DNA of 64,000 nucleotides from Escherichia coli (GTDB lineage Bacteria; Pseudomonadota; Gammaproteobacteria; Enterobacterales; Enterobacteriaceae): NCBI RefSeq assembly GCF_044324785.1, contig NZ_CP172127.1; one strand, 5' to 3'. Shown piece by piece: positions 56,818 to 64,000 of this stretch (position 1 is its first letter; each line of letters starts with the position of its first letter). The notes under the pieces were generated by a model. It saw only the letters and a program-made list of their open reading frames with translations, ran no database searches and was not told where the DNA came from. The position numbers and the translations under genes were made by a program.

Positions 56818-57795
56818 ATGAAGCAGGATAAAAGACGCGGTCTGACCCGGATCGCATTGGCGCTGGCATTGGCAGGTTATTGTGTGGCACCTGTGGCGCT
56901 GGCGGAAGACAGCGCATGGATAGATAGCGGAGAAACCAATATTTTCCAGGGGACCATTCCGTGGCTCTATTCGGAAGGGGGAAACGCTACGACAGATGCC
57001 GACCATGTAACGTTGACTTCTGATCTAAAAGGCGCTCGCCCGACAGGCAGTGAAACGGACAAGCGTCTTTACTCGGGTGATAAATTAACCGTAAGTTGGG
57101 AAATTGGTGATACCGAAGGCGACGTGGATCTTGGGGTATTGGGCGATAACGCAAAGACTATCGATACTATCCGCTGGATGAGCTACAAGGACGCTCAGGG
57201 TGGCGATCCGAAAGCGCTGGCAACGAAGGTGACCAGTTACACTCTTACCGATGACGACCGTGGTCGTTATATCGGTATTGAAATTACGCCAACCACGCAG
57301 ACCGGTACGCCAAACGTCGGGAATGCGCTGCATCTTTATGACGTTTCCACTGCCAGCGGCGGAGGAAGCGACAGTGACAACGTTGCGCCAGGGCCGGTAG
57401 TTAACCAGAACCTGAAAGTCGCCATCTTTGTTGATGGTACCAGTATCAACCTTATCAACGGCAGCACGCCAATCGAACTTGGCAAAACCTACGTGGCCAA
57501 ACTGTACTCGGATGAGAACAAAAACGGGAAGTTTGATGCGGGTACCGATGCTGACGTTACCGCCAATTATGACTTCCGTTGGGTACTTTCTGGCAGCAGC
57601 CAACAGCTCGGCACCTCGGCTGGTATCGTTAACTCAAGCTTCGATAATAACAATCTGGTCATCCCGAAAACCAACGACGAAGCCAGAACCAACCTTAACG
57701 GCCCTGCGCGCGATGGTAAAGAGGCTCTTACCATCCCGACAAACGGCGACGGGGTACAGGGGTACAAACTTCACATTATTTACAAACACAAATAA
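56818..57795 (+). CDS. sinI: Secreted protein SinI/SivI-like (325 aa) with signal peptide; N-terminus resembles RatA, C-terminus resembles SinH
   Basis: Strong SD AAGGAGAG; signal peptide MKQDKRRGLTRIALALALAGYCVAPVALA; C-terminus ...GDGVQGYKLHIIYKHK aligns with SinH ...GDGLQGYGLRVLYTKK. Confidence 0.6.
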   Translation: MKQDKRRGLTRIALALALAGYCVAPVALAEDSAWIDSGETNIFQGTIPWLYSEGGNATTDADHVTLTSDLKGARPTGSETDKRLYSGDKLTVSWEIGDTEGDVDLGVLGDNAKTIDTIRWMSYKDAQGGDPKALATKVTSYTLTDDDRGRYIGIEITPTTQTGTPNVGNALHLYDVSTASGGGSDSDNVAPGPVVNQNLKVAIFVDGTSINLINGSTPIELGKTYVAKLYSDENKNGKFDAGTDADVTANYDFRWVLSGSSQQLGTSAGIVNSSFDNNNLVIPKTNDEARTNLNGPARDGKEALTIPTNGDGVQGYKLHIIYKHK

Positions 57796-57836
57796 CGCGT
57801 ACTCAGCAGCATTCCCGCAAGGGAATGCTGTTTCCG

Positions 57837-57871
57837 CATATTTTGCTTAATCCCGAATTAAGCAAAATATG
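57837..57871. promoter_or_regulatory. Perfect 15-bp inverted repeat with 5-bp spacer, 45 bp upstream of the ratA start; candidate operator or RNA hairpin
   Basis: catattttgcttaat cccga attaagcaaaatatg, seen directly in the sequence. Confidence 0.4.
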
Positions 57872-57915
57872 TTGATGCGACAAGCGTCCGTTTAACAACC
57901 GGTGGAGTTTCTGTC

Positions 57916-60900
57916 ATGTCCCTGACCCTGAATAAAATCCTTGTGTTATGCGCATTGCTGATAAGCGCAATGCTGCCTGGGTGGTCATGGGCAGAATCTG
58001 CATGGCAAGACTCTTCAGATACCGTAGGTGAATTTAACGGTACCGTGCCCACCGCCGACAGTGCCAGCATACCCGTCTACCAGGGCAGTGTTTTTCTGGA
58101 TCCTGCAAAGACGCATGAGGTAGCGTTTACCGCTAAACCGAGTGAATTTAGCGCGGATGTTAGCGTCTCTAAATTGCTCGTCACCAATCCGCAAGACAGA
58201 GAAGGCGATATCATTGCCACCCCACGTTGGGAAAACCAAACGCCACCGACAGTATCTTTAGTTTGGGCGGATGCAGCGACGCCGGACACCTTACTGGACC
58301 CACAGCCAGTCGCAGATCGCTCGTTTTGCGCTCAGGGACTTGCCGGGCGTTCGTTGATCGCCTGGGCGCAGCCAGACTCCCAGCAGACCATGCCTCTGTT
58401 ATATCTACTTACCTCGACGGGCTATCCCTATGAAAGTGTTCTGACGCTCGCCGATCAGAAAGTGACGCTGAAGATTGCGCCCGCGCAGGGTGACCTTATT
58501 TCCGTCAGCGCCGCGGGCTATGACGAATCCTCCGGTGCGGCGAAAACGACGGTTGGCGGCAGTATCACGTTAACGGTCACTACCAAAGATTGCGTCGGTA
58601 ATGTTGTGGGGAATATTCCTTTTGTTATCAAACGCAAAGATGCTGAAAACCGCCAGGGTGTGGTGAACAATACTGCGCCTGTAAAACTGGGCACGACCGA
58701 ATTAACCACCACCGCGACGGAATATCGTGGTACTACCGATGCGAATGGTGTTGCCACGGTTACGGTCACCCAGGCCAACGGCCCTGGTGTAAAAACGCCG
58801 TTGGTCGCGAGCCTCGCGGGTATTGCTCAGACCAGTGAAACGGCAGTGATCTTTACCGTCCTCACCAGCCCGGATGTCCCGCAGGCTACAATGTGGGGTC
58901 ATATGCCCGATACGCTGAAGGCCCGTGATTACACTTTTAGTCGACCAAAACTGGCGACGGAAGTCGATAATGAAGACGGTACGGTTAACGATCACAATGA
59001 AACCTGGTCCACCTTTACCTGGAGCGGCGCGGATAAACATTGCGACATTTTGCCCGGAATGCGTCAGTTCGGTGCGCTGGCGACGGTGGTGCCAACGTCA
59101 GTGCAGGATGTGGCTGGTTGGCCGATTCAGGGTAACTACTACTGGTCATCACTGGCGGGAATGACCGGACAACACCACGCGACAGATGTTTCCAACCGTA
59201 GCGAAGCGCAAAAACCGGACGATACGACGTTTATTGTGAGCTGTGTCGATAAAGAAGCGCCCGATGTTGAACCGAAGCTGGTACTGACGCCGGGCAGTTA
59301 TGATTCGACGATAAAAGCGATGAAAGTAAAGGTGGGGGAAGAGGCTTCTTTACGCCTGACGATTACCGATAGCAAGAACAACGATCAGCCGCTGGCGTAC
59401 TACTACTTTTCGCTGCATCTGGATGACGGCATTAACCGTAAGAATCAAACTGACGCCGCGTGGGAGACGCACCCGGTACAAATTGATGGCGGCAGTAACG
59501 TTCGCAAAGTTGACGCCCATACCTATGAAGGGATCACTGATGCTAACGGAGAGGCCTCTCTGACGCTGACCCAGCCAGGCGGCGTGGGGGTGAAAACTCA
59601 CATCACCGCGAAAATGCGCAGCGATTTTACCGCCTCGGATGAGAAAGACGTTATTTTTACGGTGATCACCAGCCCTGATTCCGACAAAGCGCGGATGTGG
59701 GGACATATGTTAGGCATTATTGAAGCGAACAATATCTTTAAACGCCCACGGCTGGCGGATGAAACCGACAACGAACTGGGAGCAGTGCGGGAAAATAACG
59801 AAGACTGGGCGCTGTTTGATCAGAATAGCAGTATGCAGGCTGAGTGTGGTTTAGGTCATATTCCGAGCCAAAGCTCATTGCACAGTTTGTTTGCCGCACA
59901 TCCAGGCAATGTCATCGGCACCGAATATGGCTGGCCAACGTTGCAAAAAGCGTATCTTAGTGCGGTGGAAGAGACGTCGCACGCGTCGGTGAACCTGGCC
60001 ACGGGCAATATCGACACCTATTCCGGCTTTAAGCAAAACTACCTTTCCTGTTCGGGCAATGAGATGGTTGCCCAGATTGCCGCGACCACCGATCGCGATG
60101 TTTCCACAGGCAGCAGAGCGCAGGCGAAAGTGGGTGAAACGATTACCATGACGGTACGCACCTTTAATGCCTTGAATAATGCGCCCGTGCCGTATACCGC
60201 GTTCACCATCACGAAAGATATGGGGAAAAATCGTCAGGGGCAGACCACGGGTTTCGATGATCCAACCCGCGGCGCAATCGAGATGAATGGCTCGCTCTAC
60301 GGAACATCGCAACCGTCTTTAGTCTATGCAGGTACTACGGATGCGCAGGGTTTTGCTACTGTGGAAATTAAGCAACCGCAAGGTGTGGGCTTAGCGACGC
60401 CGCTGAATATTGCGCCTGTAAACTCCTATATTCCCAATACTGTTAATTACAATGTGATTTTCACTACGCTCACCAGTCCGGATGCGGTTGGCGCGCAGAT
60501 GTGGGGGCATATGGATGAGACGATTACCGTCGATGCATTAACCTTTGCCCGACCCCGGCTGGCTGCGGAAGTGTCCAGCCCGGACGGCACATTAACGGAA
60601 AATAACGAAGTGTGGTCGCGCGTTAGCCAGGCCAACACTTCCAGCACCAGTAAAGGTGGCTGTGGTGCCAATATGCTCCCACGCCGTTCCCAGCTTAACG
60701 CGCTCTATGATGCTAACAGCGGTAACGCCGTTCAAACGGTACACGGTTGGCCAACGCAGCGTCAGCCCTACTGGAGCAGTTCGCCCGCAGATCAGGTGCC
60801 GCATTACTACACCATAGCCCTCAACGATGGCGCGCGGACCGTTGGCGGTAGCACGGCGGTTTATGTCAGTTGCCTGACGACGGCTAACAATCCTGCCAGC

Positions 60901-63900
60901 AGCATTACGCTGGAAGTGGTGGACCCGGCGCAGTGGAACGCTGCAGCAAATGCGGCGAAGCTGAAAAAAGGCGAAACGCTACAGGTGAAGGTGACGGTAA
61001 AAGATGCTCAGGGCAATCCATTGGGTGATATGCCTTTTACCCTGAAGCGTGGCGATGGTTATACCCGATCAAACGAAAAACACATTGCCGGTAGCGGTGA
61101 TGCGCTGGTTGCGCCGGTTGTGATCAATAGTGGCCTGGCGGATGAAACTTCGCTCAATGATACCGCCGCAGCATACAGCGCGATGACCGGCAGCGATGGC
61201 ACTAAAATTCTCACTATTACCCGCCCGGATACCCATGGCACGAAAACGTCGCTGACCGCCGCGCTCTATTCAGACACAACGAAAAAAGCGACTCTCGATA
61301 CCATTTTTACCGTTGTCACCAGCCCGGACAGCAATAAAGCGAAAATGTGGGGGCATATGCCGGAAACGGTGACGGCTGCGGATGGAACGGTCTTTAAACG
61401 CCCATTATTGTTGAAAGAGTTATCCAGTACGTCGGGTCGAACAGCGATTGCAGAAGAGAATGAGGACTGGGCGCAATTTACCCAAACTCAGGCGACAAGC
61501 ACATCCTCTAATGGTTGCGGTAGTGAATATGTTCCCTCTCAGGCCGGGCTGGGGTCATTGTATGAAGCCAACCGCGGCAATGCGATGAAAACGGTTCAGG
61601 GCTGGCCCGTAGTCTCAAGTTACCTTTCCAGCACGACAGGCAGCAGTAGTCTGGAACAGCGTGACTTCAAGGCCGTCAATCTCAGTTCAGGCACCAGTTC
61701 GATAATTCCATCGGCCACAAAAGAACTGCTTACCTGCCAGACGACGCCGATCGTTAAGGCAAGCCAAATCGTTCTTGAGGCTGCGGACCCTACAAAATTT
61801 GACAGTACGAATAATGTTGTCAAAGCGAAAAAAGGGGAAGAAGTCGTGGTTCGCGTGACCACTAAAGATTCGCAGGGTAACCCGGTGGGAAATACCGCGT
61901 TTACGCTTAAACGTAACCTTAGCGTCAATCGGGCAAATGCGTCTACAACGGTGACAGCAGGCGCGCTCATCGTGACGGATGCCTGGGGTAACACGCAGAG
62001 TAATTTTTCCTCAACAACAGCACTGATTTATGGCGTTACCGGCGCAGATGGTACGACAACACTTGCACTGAAACAGGACAATACCACGGGTTTAAAAACC
62101 GAACTGACCGCCATGCTGGATACAGATAATAACGTAAAATCAATGCTTCCGGTGGTCTTTACGGTGATAACCAGCCCCGATACCCCTAAAGCAAAATTCT
62201 GGGGGCATATGGCCGAAACGATGACCGGTGCAGGCGGGCTTATTTATAAAAGACCGTTATTGCAAGATGAGCTTTCCGTTACAACCAGTCGAAGCTCTTT
62301 TCAGGAAGATGGAGAGAGCTGGTCACTGTTCTCGCCGGACCAGTCGAACAACACATCTGTAAATGGTTGCGGTGCAGGATATGTCCCGGTTGAAAGTGAG
62401 CTGGAGTCACTGTATGCCGATGAAGGTTACGTGCCAATACATGACGTTACGGGATGGCCTGTATCACGCGCCTATATCTCCAGTACGGTTGTTGCCTATT
62501 ACACTCAAACATTTAATTTTAAAGCGGTTTCGTTGAAGACTGGTTATAAATCGGAGGTCATGTCAAGCAGTATAGGACTGCTAAGTTGTCGGGCTACCCC
62601 AGTGGCGGTGACCAGCCACATTATTGTTGAAGCGAACGATGCGACACAATTTGTCAAAGTTGACGAAACCCTCAGCGCACTAAAACAGAAAAAAGGTGAC
62701 GACGCGGTGATTCGCGTGGTGACCAAAGATGCGCAGGGAAATGTCGTACCAAATGTTCCGTTTATTCTCAAACGTGAAGGATCGACAAATCGCCAGAATG
62801 TACAGTTGTCGAACAGAACTATCACTGTAATCAACGCTGCGGGAACGTCGGCAAGAGTGGATACTCCATCAATCTCCCTTTATGCGGTGACAGGTGCAGA
62901 CGGGACAGCCACGTTTACGGTAAAGCAGGATGATTCTATAGGCCTGGTAACCAATGTGTACGCTCAGGCCTATCAGTCGAGCCTGGAATCCAACAAATTA
63001 CCCGTGATGTTTACCGTGATAACCAGCCCGGATACCCCCCTGGCAAGTTACTGGGGGCATATGGCGGAAACGTTCACTACGCGTTCCGGGATTGCCTTCA
63101 AACGCCCCTTACTCTCTGCTGAAAGATCGTCGGGCCAGTCGTTTATAGAAGACAATGAAGAGTGGGCCGTGTTGAAATCGGCAACAAAGGGGGATGCAGA
63201 TAAAAGCGGGTGCGATGTACATTATCAACCGCTGTTAAGCGAACTCCAGGCATTGTACGACGAACACCCAAGTCGTGCGATAAAGACCGATCTGGGTATT
63301 CCAGTGAATAGCTACTGGTGGGCTTACGACATGGTGGCATATGCGGGTAAGTGGTACGATCAATATATTTCTCTGTTAAATGGATCAAGTGGAAGAGCGT
63401 CTTCAACCACCTCGGCATTAATGCTGTGCCTGGTAAACCCTCATCCAGAGGCGGCTTCTATTGAGATGACCTCAACGGCAGAGGATGCAACGAAAACGGC
63501 GAGCAATGATGGCAGGCCCAGCGCAACGGCGAAGAAGGGAGAGGTTATCCCGATGATGGTTACGGTGCGGGATAGCGCAGGCAATCCACTGCCAGGTGCC
63601 AGCTTTAACCTTAAACGTGGGACTGCGCTGAATCGCGCTAAAGCTGCGTACGATGCCTCTGCAGATGATCTTACCATCGTGCCTTTGGAGCCTACCGGGG
63701 TAACGTCAATCTTGTATGAGGATGGGACGCAGGCTCTTCTGAAGACAGGAAGCGATGGTAAAGCTACTTTTGAGGTCAGCCAAAACGGCAGTTATGGGTT
63801 CGCAATCCCGCTCACTGCAACATTGATGCGCGACACCTCAAAAAGCGCCACGCTGGATGTCATTTTCACGGTGATAACCAGCCCGGATTCGCCAAAAGCG

Positions 63901-64000
63901 AAATACTGGGGCCATATGCCGGAAACGTTTACCAGCTCGGCAGGCGTGACCTTCAAGCGCCCATTACTGGCAGCGGAAGCGACTACGGGGAGCTCGGTAA
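57916..64000 (+). CDS. ratA: Giant repetitive surface protein RatA-like (over 2020 codons in window, 3' end beyond window)
   Basis: Uninterrupted + frame from ATG 57916 to the window end (absent from the ORF track because it has no stop); signal peptide [26 protein letters not shown]; at least 7 diverged tandem repeats. Confidence 0.7.
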   Translation, partial: MSLTLNKILVLCALLISAMLPGWSWAESAWQDSSDTVGEFNGTVPTADSASIPVYQGSVFLDPAKTHEVAFTAKPSEFSADVSVSKLLVTNPQDREGDIIATPRWENQTPPTVSLVWADAATPDTLLDPQPVADRSFCAQGLAGRSLIAWAQPDSQQTMPLLYLLTSTGYPYESVLTLADQKVTLKIAPAQGDLISVSAAGYDESSGAAKTTVGGSITLTVTTKDCVGNVVGNIPFVIKRKDAENRQGVVNNTAPVKLGTTELTTTATEYRGTTDANGVATVTVTQANGPGVKTPLVASLAGIAQTSETAVIFTVLTSPDVPQATMWGHMPDTLKARDYTFSRPKLATEVDNEDGTVNDHNETWSTFTWSGADKHCDILPGMRQFGALATVVPTSVQDVAGWPIQGNYYWSSLAGMTGQHHATDVSNRSEAQKPDDTTFIVSCVDKEAPDVEPKLVLTPGSYDSTIKAMKVKVGEEASLRLTITDSKNNDQPLAYYYFSLHLDDGINRKNQTDAAWETHPVQIDGGSNVRKVDAHTYEGITDANGEASLTLTQPGGVGVKTHITAKMRSDFTASDEKDVIFTVITSPDSDKARMWGHMLGIIEANNIFKRPRLADETDNELGAVRENNEDWALFDQNSSMQAECGLGHIPSQSSLHSLFAAHPGNVIGTEYGWPTLQKAYLSAVEETSHASVNLATGNIDTYSGFKQNYLSCSGNEMVAQIAATTDRDVSTGSRAQAKVGETITMTVRTFNALNNAPVPYTAFTITKDMGKNRQGQTTGFDDPTRGAIEMNGSLYGTSQPSLVYAGTTDAQGFATVEIKQPQGVGLATPLNIAPVNSYIPNTVNYNVIFTTLTSPDAVGAQMWGHMDETITVDALTFARPRLAAEVSSPDGTLTENNEVWSRVSQANTSSTSKGGCGANMLPRRSQLNALYDANSGNAVQTVHGWPTQRQPYWSSSPADQVPHYYTIALNDGARTVGGSTAVYVSCLTTANNPASSITLEVVDPAQWNAAANAAKLKKGETLQVKVTVKDAQGNPLGDMPFTLKRGDGYTRSNEKHIAGSGDALVAPVVINSGLADETSLNDTAAAYSAMTGSDGTKILTITRPDTHGTKTSLTAALYSDTTKKATLDTIFTVVTSPDSNKAKMWGHMPETVTAADGTVFKRPLLLKELSSTSGRTAIAEENEDWAQFTQTQATSTSSNGCGSEYVPSQAGLGSLYEANRGNAMKTVQGWPVVSSYLSSTTGSSSLEQRDFKAVNLSSGTSSIIPSATKELLTCQTTPIVKASQIVLEAADPTKFDSTNNVVKAKKGEEVVVRVTTKDSQGNPVGNTAFTLKRNLSVNRANASTTVTAGALIVTDAWGNTQSNFSSTTALIYGVTGADGTTTLALKQDNTTGLKTELTAMLDTDNNVKSMLPVVFTVITSPDTPKAKFWGHMAETMTGAGGLIYKRPLLQDELSVTTSRSSFQEDGESWSLFSPDQSNNTSVNGCGAGYVPVESELESLYADEGYVPIHDVTGWPVSRAYISSTVVAYYTQTFNFKAVSLKTGYKSEVMSSSIGLLSCRATPVAVTSHIIVEANDATQFVKVDETLSALKQKKGDDAVIRVVTKDAQGNVVPNVPFILKREGSTNRQNVQLSNRTITVINAAGTSARVDTPSISLYAVTGADGTATFTVKQDDSIGLVTNVYAQAYQSSLESNKLPVMFTVITSPDTPLASYWGHMAETFTTRSGIAFKRPLLSAERSSGQSFIEDNEEWAVLKSATKGDADKSGCDVHYQPLLSELQALYDEHPSRAIKTDLGIPVNSYWWAYDMVAYAGKWYDQYISLLNGSSGRASSTTSALMLCLVNPHPEAASIEMTSTAEDATKTASNDGRPSATAKKGEVIPMMVTVRDSAGNPLPGASFNLKRGTALNRAKAAYDASADDLTIVPLEPTGVTSILYEDGTQALLKTGSDGKATFEVSQNGSYGFAIPLTATLMRDTSKSATLDVIFTVITSPDSPKAKYWGHMPETFTSSAGVTFKRPLLAAEATTGSSV
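58850..63930 (+). repeat. In-frame tandem repeats inside ratA (period about 800-855 bp, about 270-285 aa), at least 7 units
   Basis: Recurrent DNA motif ttYacNgtNNtcaccagcccNgat...tggggNcatatg at about 58853, 59653, 60462, 61304, 62158, 63013 and 63866; protein motif FTV(I/L)TSPD..KA.(M/Y/F)WGHM. Confidence 0.7.

Noticed and set aside
58000-64000. Numerous short ORFs on both strands inside ratA
   Set aside because: All are frame shadows of the single long + strand frame, which is continuous from 57916 to the window end.

Overview
This window is an Escherichia coli-type chromosomal segment, co-linear with the K-12 interval glrK to yfgJ (b2556 down to b2510) but in reverse orientation, ending in an accessory island. 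Gene identities are assigned from the supplied protein translations, remembered protein lengths and gene order; no database search was run. Core content, in order: glrK (3' end), qseG, glrR, glnB, hmp, glyA, the yphH-yphA cluster, the hca phenylpropionate dioxygenase operon with hcaR and hcaT, csiE, yfhR, suhB, trmJ, the complete isc operon (iscRSUA-hscBA-fdx-iscX), pepB, sseB, the ryfA intergenic locus, sseA, yfhM, pbpC, ndk, rlmN, rodZ, ispG, hisS, yfgM, bamB, der and yfgJ. After yfgJ, where K-12 has xseA, there is an AT-rich boundary followed by sinH (inverse autotransporter), sinI and a giant repeat protein gene ratA that runs off the window end; this resembles part of the Salmonella CS54 island. 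I found no rRNA, tRNA, CRISPR array, IS element or prophage gene. The most notable observations are: (1) the sseB-sseA spacer looks like a type I toxin-antitoxin-like module, with a 45-codon hydrophobic small ORF inside the putative ryfA transcript, a divergent candidate sRNA carrying a 17-nt perfect antisense match to the ryfA 5' region, and a degenerate sibling copy; (2) an in-frame TGA interrupts the ABC ATPase gene yphE; (3) SinI appears mosaic, with its N-terminus resembling RatA and its C-terminus resembling SinH; (4) ratA contains at least seven diverged tandem repeats of about 850 bp; (5) a perfect 15-bp inverted repeat sits just upstream of ratA. I did not find a convincingly undescribed multi-gene system; the candidates above are the parts least explained by standard annotation.
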